Assembly: GCA_041661245.1 (NCBI GenBank)
Contig: JBAZUY010000001.1
Span: 64,491 to 128,490 of the forward strand
Direction: 5' to 3'
DNA from: an archaeon
GTDB taxonomy: Archaea; Iainarchaeota; Iainarchaeia; Iainarchaeales; JAAZKV01
Length of the DNA stretch: 64,000 nt
Shown here: piece after piece, positions 10,171 to 20,428 of the stretch
Position numbering within the stretch: position 1 is the stretch's first letter
Layout: every line of letters begins with the position of its first letter
Program-made: the position numbers and the translations under genes
Notes under the pieces: generated by a model
The model's database searches: none
Told to the model about the DNA's origin: nothing
Seen by the model: the letters and a program-made list of their open reading frames with translations, nothing else

Positions 10171-10836
10171 ATGTTAATCGCAGGAATTGATGAAGCTGGA
10201 AGAGGCCCTTGCTTTGGCCCAATGACTATTGGAATAAGCGTAATGGAAAAAGAAACTGAGCCCATTTTGAAAAAACTTGGAGTAAGAGACTCAAAAGAGA
10301 TTTTGCCAAATAAACGAAAAGCATTAATTGAAGGAATTAAAGAAAATTGTGTTGAACACAGAGTACTAATACTTGAACCCGTTGAAATTAATGATTTAAT
10401 GACTCAGTATTCCTTAAATGAAATTGAAGCAATAAAAATCGCGTTACTAATTAATGAACTAAAATCCAAACCGGAAATAGTTTACGTGGATTCCCCTGAT
10501 GCCGTTAAAGGAGCATTTGAGAAACGAATTAGAAAATACTTGGATAAAAAACACGCTGCAATAAAAATTATCGCTGAAAACAAAGCTGATTCAAAATACA
10601 TCGTTGTTGGAGCGGCAAGTATCTTAGCAAAAGTTAAACGAGACGAAGAAATAGAACAACTATCTGAGAAATTCGGAAACATTGGATCAGGTTACCCATC
10701 AGACCCTTACACAAAAAAATTCCTTGCGGAATATGTGGAGAAGAACAGAAAACTTCCCCCCTTTTCAAGAATATTTTGGAGCACATGCACAAAAGCACTG
10801 GAACAAATAGGTTCAACACAGCAGAAATTGTTTTAA
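10171..10836 (+). CDS. rnhB: Ribonuclease HII
   Basis: MLIAGIDEAGRGPCFGPMTIG, DSKEILPNKR, GSGYPSDPYTKKFL. Confidence 0.96.
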   Translation: MLIAGIDEAGRGPCFGPMTIGISVMEKETEPILKKLGVRDSKEILPNKRKALIEGIKENCVEHRVLILEPVEINDLMTQYSLNEIEAIKIALLINELKSKPEIVYVDSPDAVKGAFEKRIRKYLDKKHAAIKIIAENKADSKYIVVGAASILAKVKRDEEIEQLSEKFGNIGSGYPSDPYTKKFLAEYVEKNRKLPPFSRIFWSTCTKALEQIGSTQQKLF

Positions 10837-10949
10837 TTTCTGTGTGCAGTCACAACAAAAACTTTTCTAGTTTTTGAATGTCAAAATTCTACGGAATTTT
10901 TCCACAACAAAAACTATTTTGATTAAAAAAGAATAAGGCAAATATTTCT

Positions 10950-11555
10950 TTACTCGTTTTCTTTCATTGCTTCATTAACACTTTCCCCAAGAGAAGGTTT
11001 TGCTTCTTTAGAAGTTTGAACAACAGGAGTATAAGGTTCGCTAGAAACTCCCATGTGAACTTCAGCTTTCTTTTTTGCTTTACCAAAATCTTTTCCAAAG
11101 TACTCAATAAATTTAGTAGTGGTAGTAAGAGTAAAACTTCTTCCTTTAGGATCTTTTTTAATGAATCCCTCATCAAGCAATAATTTTAGATGATCATATG
11201 CTTTGTTGTTTCGATACTTCACTACAACGGATTGTGAAATTGGCTGCTTGTATGCAATAAATGCCAATGTTTTCATTACTCCCCGCGAAAACATGGAGTT
11301 TTGAGCAAATTGTTGAACGTGATCCTCGTAATCCTCTTTAACTCGCATTTGATAACCAACAGGCAACTCAACTATTTCAAGCGCACTTTTTCTAGAATTA
11401 TAAAAACTCATAAGTTCTGTCATCATTGCTTTTGTCTCAAGTCTGGATTGAGTAGCCGCAATATTATTTAGTTCATCAAGAGTAAGTGGCTTTGGGCTCA
11501 TAAAAAGAGCCGCTTCCATTATCTTTTCTTTTTCCAATCTATCCATTAAAAACAC
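10950..11555 (-). CDS. scpB: Segregation and condensation protein B
   Basis: EAALFMSPKPLTLDEL; MKTLAFIAYKQPISQSVVVKYRNN; winged-helix C-terminal part. Confidence 0.88.
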   Translation of the reverse strand: MFLMDRLEKEKIMEAALFMSPKPLTLDELNNIAATQSRLETKAMMTELMSFYNSRKSALEIVELPVGYQMRVKEDYEDHVQQFAQNSMFSRGVMKTLAFIAYKQPISQSVVVKYRNNKAYDHLKLLLDEGFIKKDPKGRSFTLTTTTKFIEYFGKDFGKAKKKAEVHMGVSSEPYTPVVQTSKEAKPSLGESVNEAMKENE

Positions 11556-11667
11556 TCAATCAATAACTCAATCAAACTAACTTTAGAAGAAGTTTAAAGT
11601 ATTTAAAGTTAGCCTTCAAACATAAAAAAGAAGCGTTTAATATAACAAAATACAATGTTTTAGTAGT

Positions 11668-12138
11668 ATGGCTAACGGAAAAATGACTTTCGGAGAAGCA
11701 ACCGAAACTGAAAAGGCAGAAATTGAACTAAACTGCGGGTACCCCGTTGGAGACGAAACTGTATTTATGGCTCGAGTGGGAAAAAGACCCGTAGGTTTTG
11801 TTTGGCTTGGGAAAGGAATTTGCAGAAAGATAGTTCTCTCTCCGGAAGCTAGAGGGAATGGAAACTCCGAAAAACTACTCGAATCTGCTTTAAAGTTTTA
11901 CTTTAAAAAACACAAAAATGTAAAACTCACAAGGCTTAGAATAATTTACGAAGGATTACGTAATGGGAAAAAGAGAGAAGGCTCACTTGAAAGATGGGTC
12001 CTTAGGCAAGGCGCAATACAGATGAGGACTAACGAGGGAACACACGCATTTGTCAGACCAAGACAAGGAGAAACAATAATCGCAGCAAAGAAAAGATTCC
12101 TCGCAAAACCCCCTTTAAGAAAATTACGAAGGAAATGA
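11668..12138 (+). CDS. GNAT-like N-acetyltransferase
   Basis: VGFVWLGKGICRKIVLSPEARGNGNSEKLLESALKFY resembles the acetyl-CoA binding region. Confidence 0.65.
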   Translation: MANGKMTFGEATETEKAEIELNCGYPVGDETVFMARVGKRPVGFVWLGKGICRKIVLSPEARGNGNSEKLLESALKFYFKKHKNVKLTRLRIIYEGLRNGKKREGSLERWVLRQGAIQMRTNEGTHAFVRPRQGETIIAAKKRFLAKPPLRKLRRK

Positions 12139-12156
12139 AAAATTTGAACTAAAAAA

Positions 12157-12426
12157 TTATTTCTTTTTGATTAAGTTCATTTCTTCCATTTTTTCTGCAA
12201 TCCAAGGAATTGCTAAAAAGAATACCAAAATTGGAACTCCAATATACCAATAACCGTCAACTACAAGCCAAAAACTTGCAATCAAAACAAGGACAATGAT
12301 TGAAATATACTTAAAATAAACAAACTCTATTTCACGAACTGATTCAAGAGCACCTTCTCTTGAAAGAAACTTTTGCTTTAAACCATTTTTTGAACTATTT
12401 TTTGTAACAATCTTTTTAGTAGCCAT
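12157..12426 (-). CDS. Small membrane protein
   Basis: 89 aa with two hydrophobic segments (ISIIVLVLIASFWLVVDGYWYIGVPILVFFLAIPWI). Confidence 0.65.
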   Translation of the reverse strand: MATKKIVTKNSSKNGLKQKFLSREGALESVREIEFVYFKYISIIVLVLIASFWLVVDGYWYIGVPILVFFLAIPWIAEKMEEMNLIKKK

Positions 12427-12480
12427 GAAGAACCAACGCGTTTGTACAATATAAAGATTACTAACTAGGTTCGGACGAAT

Positions 12481-15147
12481 TTACTCAATTAGTAAAGCCG
12501 GTTTTCCAGGGAAAGCATTCTTTGCTTTAGCTTCAGTAGAATCAGAAGCCTTAATTATTTCGATTACCCCAAATTCACTCTCAAGAACTGGTTTTGCTTC
12601 ATTTAGTACCGCAACTTCATCAAACTTTTCAAGCAACACAAAATCGTTAAATTTATTCATTGCAGTTTTAACAAAAATTGGGATTTCCCCACCGTATTTT
12701 CTCAAATCTGGATCTGAAGTAACTGCCTTAATCGCAGCACCAAAATCAGGCCGAGTATTACAAGCTTTCTTTATTACTTCAAGAGCAGTCCATTTCCACT
12801 CGGGTGCAACAAAAATCTTTACTTTTGAAACTTTAGCAATTTTTGCGAGTTCTTTTACTCTAATAATATCCGTTCGAAGATTATCCACGATTACATCAAT
12901 TCTTTCAAGATTTTCATCAATCAAACTCTCATCAAGCACTGGCCACTTTTCAAGGGAAACAAAAGTTTTGTTTCCTATTTTGTGCCACAATTCTTCAGCA
13001 ACATGTGGACAAAATGGAGAAACTAATTTTAGTAATTCTTCAAACGCACTTCTAGGAACACTATCAAATCCGGATAAATAATCAAGGAAAGTTGAAATTG
13101 CTATTACACACTTTGGATAATCAAAAGTATCCACATTCTTTGTAACATCCCGAATTGCAATATTTAATTTACTTAATGTTTTCTTATCAAGCACGCTTTT
13201 GTTAGCAGAAACTTTTTCGCTCACTCTAAAGAACTTATTAATAATTCTAAAAGCCCCGTCAACTCCTTCGTCACTCCACTCCATTTGTTTATCTGGGGAA
13301 GAAACAAACATCAAGAACAATCTTGCAGTATCAATTCCGTATTTATTTGAAATATCAGTTTGGAAAACAACATTTCCTTTTGATTTTGACATTTTTGCCC
13401 CATCTTTGTAAACGATTCCTTGATTGAATAATTTTTGGAAAGGCTCATCAAAATCAACGTAACCCAAATCTTTTAGTGCTTTGATAAAGAAACGAGCATA
13501 CATTAAGTGCATTACCGCGTGCTCTGCTCCCCCAACATATTGATCAACAGGCATCCAATATTTTGCTTTAGCAGGGTCAAAAGGTTGAGTCTTATTTTTG
13601 TTATCAGTGTACCTTAAGAAATACCAGGAAGAATCTACAAATCCGCCCATTGTATCGGTTTCTCTTTTTGCAGCGCCCCCGCACTTTGGACACTTTGTAT
13701 TAACAAAATCTGGATTTGAGTTAAGTGGATTTCCACTAACTTTAAAATCAACTGTTTCGGGCAACAGAACTGGCAAATCTTTCTCAGGAACCATTACTAC
13801 TCCGCACTTTTCGCAGTGAATTGCAGGAATTGGAGTCCCCCAATAACGTTGACGAGAAACAAGCCAATCTCTAATACTATAATTAACAACTTTTTCTCCA
13901 AAATTATTTTCAGCAAGCCAACTTGCCATTTTTGGCAAAGCTTCCCTATTGTTCATTCCTGAAAATTGTTCAGAACCGAACAGAATTCCATCTTCAATAA
14001 ATGCATCCGAGAAATCTCTTGGATTAATTTCTTTTCCATCTTTACTAATAACAAATTTTAATGGAATATTATATTTTCTTGCAAACCTAAAATCTCTTTT
14101 ATCATGTGCATCACACATTACTACCCCTGTTCCATAGAGCAGAGCAAAATTTGAAACATAAACTGGAATTTCTTCCCCATTAGCAGGGTTAATTACATAT
14201 TTTCCTGTAAAAATTCCTTCTTTTTCTTTTTCTTCATTAGTCCGATCTTCTATTTTTTCTTTAACACATTTACTTACAAATTCCTTAACCTCATTTTCAT
14301 ATTTTGTTCCGTTTACTAATTCTCCAACAATTGGACTTTCTGGAGCCACCGCAATAAAAGTAACTGAAAAAATTGTATCGCATCTTGTTGTAAAAGCTTT
14401 AAGAACTTTTGAAGAATCTTTTAATTTAAAATTAATATTTACTCCTTCACTTTTACCAATCCAATTCTTTTGCATAGTCTTAATCTTTTGAGGCCACTCT
14501 ACTTTGTCCAAATCTTCAAGCAATCTATCCGCATACTCGGTTATTTTCAAAAACCATTGTTCCATATCTTTTTGAACAACATCATTATTGCATCTCCAGC
14601 ATTTTCCACTTTCTGCTTCTTCATTAGCAAGAACGGATTGACAAGTTTCACACCAATTAACGGGGGCTTTTTTTCTAAAAGCTAAACCTTTCTCAAAGAG
14701 TTTTACAAAAAAGAATTGATTCCACTTATAATAATCAGGTTCGTGACTTGCAAGAACTCTGTCCCAGTCATAACTATTCCCCATTGCTTTTTGGTATTCC
14801 ATTATTTTCTTTATCGCACCCTCAGTGTAAACTCTTGGATGAATTCCTTCTTTTTTTGCAGCAGTTTCTGCAGGCAACCCAAAAGAATCATAACCCATTG
14901 GGTAAAGTACATTAAAATTATTCATTCTCTTAAATCTTGCAAAAATATCCCCGATAGTAAAGTTTCTAACGTGCCCCATGTGAAGAAAACTAGCACTAGG
15001 GTAAGGATACATTTCTAGAACGTAACACTTTTTCTTTGAAGAATCCTCTTTAGCAGTGAAGATTTTGCTAGTTTCCCACTCAGATTGCCACTTTCTTTCA
15101 ATTGCCAAAAAGTCAATTGCTTTAGTACTTTCTGCTTCAATTACCAT
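12481..15147 (-). CDS. leuS: Leucyl-tRNA synthetase, bacterial-type
   Basis: MYPYPSASFLHMGHVRNFTIGDIFARFKRM, MGYDSFGLPAETAA, VNWCETCQSVLANEEAESGKCWRC, DGAKMSKSKGNVV. Confidence 0.97.
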   Translation of the reverse strand: MVIEAESTKAIDFLAIERKWQSEWETSKIFTAKEDSSKKKCYVLEMYPYPSASFLHMGHVRNFTIGDIFARFKRMNNFNVLYPMGYDSFGLPAETAAKKEGIHPRVYTEGAIKKIMEYQKAMGNSYDWDRVLASHEPDYYKWNQFFFVKLFEKGLAFRKKAPVNWCETCQSVLANEEAESGKCWRCNNDVVQKDMEQWFLKITEYADRLLEDLDKVEWPQKIKTMQKNWIGKSEGVNINFKLKDSSKVLKAFTTRCDTIFSVTFIAVAPESPIVGELVNGTKYENEVKEFVSKCVKEKIEDRTNEEKEKEGIFTGKYVINPANGEEIPVYVSNFALLYGTGVVMCDAHDKRDFRFARKYNIPLKFVISKDGKEINPRDFSDAFIEDGILFGSEQFSGMNNREALPKMASWLAENNFGEKVVNYSIRDWLVSRQRYWGTPIPAIHCEKCGVVMVPEKDLPVLLPETVDFKVSGNPLNSNPDFVNTKCPKCGGAAKRETDTMGGFVDSSWYFLRYTDNKNKTQPFDPAKAKYWMPVDQYVGGAEHAVMHLMYARFFIKALKDLGYVDFDEPFQKLFNQGIVYKDGAKMSKSKGNVVFQTDISNKYGIDTARLFLMFVSSPDKQMEWSDEGVDGAFRIINKFFRVSEKVSANKSVLDKKTLSKLNIAIRDVTKNVDTFDYPKCVIAISTFLDYLSGFDSVPRSAFEELLKLVSPFCPHVAEELWHKIGNKTFVSLEKWPVLDESLIDENLERIDVIVDNLRTDIIRVKELAKIAKVSKVKIFVAPEWKWTALEVIKKACNTRPDFGAAIKAVTSDPDLRKYGGEIPIFVKTAMNKFNDFVLLEKFDEVAVLNEAKPVLESEFGVIEIIKASDSTEAKAKNAFPGKPALLIE

Positions 15148-15228
15148 AAAAGAATCAGTTTAGAAAGCATTTTTAAGGGTTAAAGTAGGGGACTGAAAAA
15201 AGACTTTTTAGGAGGAACATAACCCTGC

Positions 15229-15873
15229 TTAAAGGCAAGCTTCGAGAACAACAGGTTCGATTGTTGAATTAAAATGTGGTTCTGCCCCAACGGAAACAAT
15301 CAATTTCGCGGACAATTGCTTAGCAATTTCTTTCCCTTTCTCAATCCTAACTAAATGATCTGTTTTGTCAACGAGAACAACAATCTCGCAAGCTTTTTCT
15401 TTTACAGCATTATAATCAAACTTCCAATCACAACAATTATCAAGCGCTGGTCTTGATTTACCATCTTTCAATTTACTCATGGAAGGAGTTGCCACTAAGA
15501 TTAGTTTCTTTATTTTTACTTTAATGACCGGCAACAGTTTGAGTGCTAACACCCCACCTAAGGAATGAGCAACTAAGACAGTATTTTCATTAAATTCACA
15601 ATTCTTCAAAACAAATTCAACCCATTTCCCAATATTTGGTTCGGCAGGATTTGGAAGATCTGGAGCAAAAACAACTTTTTTATTTTTTAACAAAAGCTCC
15701 TTTGTTAACCATGGCCAAAAAACACTTTTAGAATTATCTTTATAGGCATGGAAAAAAACAAACTCGGAATTACCTTCATCAGCACTTTCATTTATTCTAC
15801 GAGGAGGGATTTTATTCATTCTTATCAAATAAATATGCTGAATAAGTATTTTTAAGGATTTATTGAGCCTCAA
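15229..15873 (-). CDS. RBBP9/YdeN-like alpha/beta hydrolase
   Basis: VLVAHSLGGVLALKLL (nucleophile elbow), VGAEPHFNS near the C-terminus. Confidence 0.8.
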   Translation of the reverse strand: MRLNKSLKILIQHIYLIRMNKIPPRRINESADEGNSEFVFFHAYKDNSKSVFWPWLTKELLLKNKKVVFAPDLPNPAEPNIGKWVEFVLKNCEFNENTVLVAHSLGGVLALKLLPVIKVKIKKLILVATPSMSKLKDGKSRPALDNCCDWKFDYNAVKEKACEIVVLVDKTDHLVRIEKGKEIAKQLSAKLIVSVGAEPHFNSTIEPVVLEACL

Positions 15874-15921
15874 AAAACACTAAGGAAAAGGATTATATAG
15901 TAAGATTTTCTATTTCATTGC

Positions 15922-16896
15922 ATGGATAATAGACTCCCTGGAATTGCATGGATGTGCGCTTTATTTGTGTGCATTATGATTGGGGCATACTTCTTCGGAC
16001 AAACTGGAATAACTATTCAAAGCATAATGACAATAAACTCTTTTCCCTTACTAAGTGCAATTCTTTCAATTAATTTTTTAGTATTTGTAATTCTTGCATC
16101 TCTTTCACTAGCATTAATTTTAATCATTGGAAAAAAATACACATTCAAGTACGCATTATTGTTTTCAATCACAGGATACTTAATTGGAATAATACTCAGC
16201 ACAATTCTGTTCAAACAATTAGCAAATGTATTCATCCTAATGTGTTTCGGTTTAATTGCAATCCCTGCAGGAATTGTTTACATTAACAAAAGAGAAGAAG
16301 AACTAAAATATTTCAAGAAAATAAGAGCAGCATCAACTGGGGCAGGAAGAATGTTACTAATACTGGGATTAGGATTTTTCTTTACACTTTTATTCATTGG
16401 AATTACAAACCAAGCAAAATTAAAAGAAGAATTTGTTCCAGGTTTTTTACAAGTAACTATTGGAGATGGAGTTACATTAGATGACACTTTCCAAGGCCAA
16501 TTAGTGGATGCATTACTTGGCTCACAAACTCAGATGATTGACACAATACTTGGGTTTGATGAATTCAATTCATTTCAAACAAACAGTGACATTGACGGAT
16601 TAATACTAAAAGCAAAACTTGAGGCAATTAAATCAAACTTAACCAGCCAACAGACAAAAAATATTGCCTTGGCAAAACTCAAAGAACAAAATATTGATTT
16701 AGGAAAAGAATTAATTGCTAAAATTAATTTTATCAAACAAGTTAGTGATTTTGTTTGGGTTCTTTATGCAATAAGTGGCTTTTTACTTTTCACAATAATT
16801 GGAAGTGCAATTATAAAAAACCTAAGTGCAATCTTTTACACAATATTGTTTTTTGCATTTCCTGAGGTGCACATCAAAAAGGGAGAAACCGAATAG
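15922..16896 (+). CDS. Multi-spanning membrane protein
   Basis: 324 aa with several hydrophobic helices; precedes a membrane HTH gene. Confidence 0.75.
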   Translation: MDNRLPGIAWMCALFVCIMIGAYFFGQTGITIQSIMTINSFPLLSAILSINFLVFVILASLSLALILIIGKKYTFKYALLFSITGYLIGIILSTILFKQLANVFILMCFGLIAIPAGIVYINKREEELKYFKKIRAASTGAGRMLLILGLGFFFTLLFIGITNQAKLKEEFVPGFLQVTIGDGVTLDDTFQGQLVDALLGSQTQMIDTILGFDEFNSFQTNSDIDGLILKAKLEAIKSNLTSQQTKNIALAKLKEQNIDLGKELIAKINFIKQVSDFVWVLYAISGFLLFTIIGSAIIKNLSAIFYTILFFAFPEVHIKKGETE

Positions 16897-16965
16897 AATA
16901 CTAAGGAATAAAAACCCTCAAAGCAACAATACATAATAGGACAATAATAAGGAAGAGAGGCACAT

Positions 16966-17538
16966 ATGGACTCTAGAATAATTTTGGATGAAAAAAGTTT
17001 CAAAGCACTTTCTGCGGATTCAAGAGTGAGCATACTCAAAAACCTCGGGGAAAGAAGAAAGACACTTACTGAACTAAGCCAAAAACTTAATCTTGGAAGT
17101 TCCACAGTAAAAGAACACTGTGACATTTTGGTTAACGCGGAACTAATTAAACAGATTGATGAAGGAAGAAAATGGAAATACTACGAACTTACTTCAAAGG
17201 GAAAACAAATTACTCAACCTAACTTATTTGATGAAGTAAAAGTACTAATTGTATTATGCTTATCCACTCTTGTTGTTGGAGGATTTGTATTCTTTATTTT
17301 AATGAACTTAACAGTAATGCAATCAAGCGCAGACCAATCAATGCGAGCAAATGATTATTCAGCAGGAGAACAACTACTAAAAACCACTATGGCAGCAGGC
17401 AGTGAAATTGCCCCAGTTGCACAAATCCCTCAAGCACCGATAGTTCAAGGAATAAGCTTTGAAATATTTGCAATTAGTGTCATTGTTGCATTAATCTGCG
17501 GAATAATTCTTGGTTGGTATTTTACTAGAAAAAGATAA
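16966..17538 (+). CDS. ArsR-like winged-helix regulator with C-terminal transmembrane segments
   Basis: FKALSADSRVSILKNLGERRKTLTELSQKLNLGSSTVKEHCDILVNAELI; two C-terminal hydrophobic helices. Confidence 0.85.
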   Translation: MDSRIILDEKSFKALSADSRVSILKNLGERRKTLTELSQKLNLGSSTVKEHCDILVNAELIKQIDEGRKWKYYELTSKGKQITQPNLFDEVKVLIVLCLSTLVVGGFVFFILMNLTVMQSSADQSMRANDYSAGEQLLKTTMAAGSEIAPVAQIPQAPIVQGISFEIFAISVIVALICGIILGWYFTRKR

Positions 17539-17596
17539 TTAGAAAGCCATTAGCTCGAAATAAAGAGTAAACTAATTAACTCAGAGTTCTATTTTT

Positions 17597-18106
17597 TTAC
17601 TTAAAGAAAGCAGAAATCAATAACAAAATAATTATAACTACTTCAATTCCAATGAGAACCATTGCCAGCCCTCCAAGGGTTTCAATCAACCCTCCCTTAT
17701 ACTTGTCCTCGGACAAAGGATTTTTCAGTTCAACAGAATCATTTTCAAAAACTCGCTTATCGCTAGTTTCTGAAGCACTTTCTTCGCCAACAGGATTCTC
17801 GGCAGCAATATCCACAAGAGTAGTTTTACTATAAGGCAGTACTGGGGCAGCGGCTTTTGATTTTTCGCTCAAAACAACTTTTTTCTTAACAACAACTTTC
17901 TTTACAACTTTTTTCTTCTTTACACTACCTGCAGATTTTTTTTGGACAGATTTTGCTTGAGGCTTAGTTGAATCAGTTTTTGTTTGAACACTAACCACAG
18001 TTGATTTTGTTTGATTCGAAGTGGAATCAGTGGATTTCTTTTTATCCCCAAGTTCAAGTGCTATTTGATTAGCTTCTTTAAGTGCATCATTACTCTCTTC
18101 AGCCAT
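17597..18106 (-). CDS. Lys/Val-rich protein with C-terminal membrane anchor
   Basis: QKKSAGSVKKKKVVKKVVVKKKVV tract and terminal GLAMVLIGIEVVIIILLLISAFFK. Confidence 0.65.
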   Translation of the reverse strand: MAEESNDALKEANQIALELGDKKKSTDSTSNQTKSTVVSVQTKTDSTKPQAKSVQKKSAGSVKKKKVVKKVVVKKKVVLSEKSKAAAPVLPYSKTTLVDIAAENPVGEESASETSDKRVFENDSVELKNPLSEDKYKGGLIETLGGLAMVLIGIEVVIIILLLISAFFK

Positions 18107-18225
18107 AATAAAAATTATGCCATTGCCCCCTTAAATACCTTTTCATTACCCTGCAATTACTTCAAGTTAGGAGGAAAGAATAAAAACCGTTTACCCATTG
18201 ATTTCACTACACCGAGTGAGCAAAA

Positions 18226-19143
18226 ATGACTACTTACGATATTGTAATAATTGGGGCTGGACCTGCAGGACTGACTGCGGGAATTTACTGCGCAAGATAC
18301 GGACTAAAAACAATTATTATTGAAAAAGGACTAATTGGCGGCACAGCAACTTGGGCAAATAGTATTCAAAATTACCCTGGATTTGAAGATATTTCAGGAA
18401 TGGAACTAATGGGGAAATTTAAAGAACAAGCCCAGAAAGCAGGAGTAGAATTTGAGCTAGATTCTGTTAATGAAATTAAGGAAAATAGAACCGAAAAAGA
18501 GGTTATTCTTCAAGGAAAAATAATTACTGCAAAATCAATACTTGTTGCTGTTGGAGCAAAAAGCAAATGGCTAAAAGTTAAAGGAGAAAAAGAATACTTA
18601 AACAAAGGAGTGCATTTTTGTGCAACTTGCGACGGCCCAATGTACAATGGAAAAGAAGTAGCAGTAATTGGAAATGATAACAGAGCTGCTGAAGAAGCCA
18701 TTTATCTTGCAACTGTTACAAAAAAAGTTTATTTAATTAGTTCAAAAAAAGAATTAACTGCAGACAGCACAAAACAAGCTTCGCTTAAAGAAAAAAATGT
18801 GGAAATACTTCTAGGAACAAATGTAACAGGATTTGAAGGAAAACAAATGCTTGAAACAATACTTATAAAAAATTCTGAGGGAAAGGAAAGAAGTATTCCA
18901 GCAAACGGCGCATTCATTTACATTGGCTCTGAACCAAACACGGAGTTTGTTAATGTAAAAAAAGATGAAACCGGAAGAATAATTGTAAACGATGCAATGG
19001 AAACTAGCACAAAAGGAATATTCGCAGCAGGAGATTGTATTAAAAAAGAACTAAACCAAATCGCTACTTGCATTGGAGAAGGGGCAACAGCTGCGCACAC
19101 CGCAGCAAAATATATTCAAAACAAAGATGTTTCAAATAACTAA
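18226..19143 (+). CDS. trxB: Thioredoxin reductase
   Basis: DIVIIGAGPAGLTAGIYCARYG, CATCDGPMY redox motif, GIFAAGDC. Confidence 0.96.
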   Translation: MTTYDIVIIGAGPAGLTAGIYCARYGLKTIIIEKGLIGGTATWANSIQNYPGFEDISGMELMGKFKEQAQKAGVEFELDSVNEIKENRTEKEVILQGKIITAKSILVAVGAKSKWLKVKGEKEYLNKGVHFCATCDGPMYNGKEVAVIGNDNRAAEEAIYLATVTKKVYLISSKKELTADSTKQASLKEKNVEILLGTNVTGFEGKQMLETILIKNSEGKERSIPANGAFIYIGSEPNTEFVNVKKDETGRIIVNDAMETSTKGIFAAGDCIKKELNQIATCIGEGATAAHTAAKYIQNKDVSNN

Positions 19144-19178
19144 TAATCCAAACAATATTTTACCCGCATTCAAATCAA

Positions 19179-19706
19179 TTAGACTCTTTTTGCAGTAAAA
19201 TCTTTTTCTTTAGGATCATAATCAATTATGACTCCGCGAAGCCCCTTTTCAGTCCGCTTATCCATTAATACATCAACAGAAATCTTCTTTTTTGATTTTG
19301 ATCCTTCCACAGTAGTAATGAACTCTTCAGCAGTTTTTGTATTAGCCCCAACGAAATCAAATTCTCCCATCAAATTATTCACTATTCGCACATACTTTTT
19401 TCCTTTAACTCTCTCTAAAAGCTTTGTTACTGCGTTTTGAGAAAAAGCAACTTTAGGAGCACTCTCGAATTCTTTTATTTTCTTATTAACTTCAATTACT
19501 AGCTGATCAATTTCTTTAGGATTCAAACCGTGTGCTTGACAACCCTCTTCCAATGTTTCATATACTGAAACATGACATCCAATACAATGCAACCCTGCTT
19601 GCGCAAGAACCGGCGCAGCCTCGGGATAATTTGTCATTATGTCCCCCAAAGTATCTTTTTTTGTAATCATAAAAATCCCCCTAATAACATATGAATTAGT
19701 GTTCAT
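19179..19706 (-). CDS. DUF1858-domain protein
   Basis: TLGDIMTNYPEAAPVLAQAGLHCIGCHVSVYETLEEGCQAHGL. Confidence 0.85.
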   Translation of the reverse strand: MNTNSYVIRGIFMITKKDTLGDIMTNYPEAAPVLAQAGLHCIGCHVSVYETLEEGCQAHGLNPKEIDQLVIEVNKKIKEFESAPKVAFSQNAVTKLLERVKGKKYVRIVNNLMGEFDFVGANTKTAEEFITTVEGSKSKKKISVDVLMDKRTEKGLRGVIIDYDPKEKDFTAKRV

Positions 19707-19762
19707 ACATGTTTATAATACTTCTCAGCAACGCAGCGGCAGAAACAATATTAAAAACCTAA

Positions 19763-20428
19763 TTAATTAACCCCAATCCTTGGACACAACTTTTTCTTAT
19801 TCAAAAAACACACTTCGCAATTTGGATTTCTTGCAGTGCAAATTGCACGCCCGTGCGAAATTAATAAACCATTAAGTTCATGCCAAACTCTTTTATCAAA
19901 TACTTGCATTAAGTCCTGCTCAATCTTGTTTTGGTTATCAAACTTTGAAAACCCCAATCTTTGAGCTAATCTCCAAACATGAGTATCAACTGCAATCCCA
20001 TTAACAATTCCTTTATTTGCAAGAACCAAGTTTGCTGTTTTCCTTCCGACCCCTGGCAACTCTATTAATTCTTCCATTTTCAAAGGAATTTTCCCTCCAT
20101 ACTTATCTCGAATTATTTTAAAACACTCAATCACTCTTTTTGCTTTCTGCTTGTAATACCCCGTTGGTTTAACTTCCTGCTCAAAAACTTTTAAATTAGC
20201 GCTTGCAAAATCATTCACCCTTTTATATTTCTTAAATAAGATACTTGTAACCTTATTCACTTGAGCATCAGTGCTTTGAGCAGAAAGAATAATTGAACAA
20301 AGCATTTGAGAATCTGTAGAATAATCCAAAAATAACAAAGGCACACTAGAATAATTTTTCTTTAACTCAGAATAAACCTTTTTAGCCCTGCTTTGTATAT
20401 CCACACTCGACATAATCACACACTTCAC
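19763..20428 (-). CDS. nth: Endonuclease III
   Basis: LPGVGRKTANLVLANKG, VDTHVWRLAQRLG, C-terminal CTARNPNCEVCFLNKKKLC cluster. Confidence 0.95.
   Translation of the reverse strand: MKCVIMSSVDIQSRAKKVYSELKKNYSSVPLLFLDYSTDSQMLCSIILSAQSTDAQVNKVTSILFKKYKRVNDFASANLKVFEQEVKPTGYYKQKAKRVIECFKIIRDKYGGKIPLKMEELIELPGVGRKTANLVLANKGIVNGIAVDTHVWRLAQRLGFSKFDNQNKIEQDLMQVFDKRVWHELNGLLISHGRAICTARNPNCEVCFLNKKKLCPRIGVN

Noticed and set aside
12960-15018. Plus-strand ORFs opposite leuS (13199-13411, 13598-13819, 14716-15018)
   Set aside because: They overlap a complete LeuRS with conserved motifs; no independent evidence.
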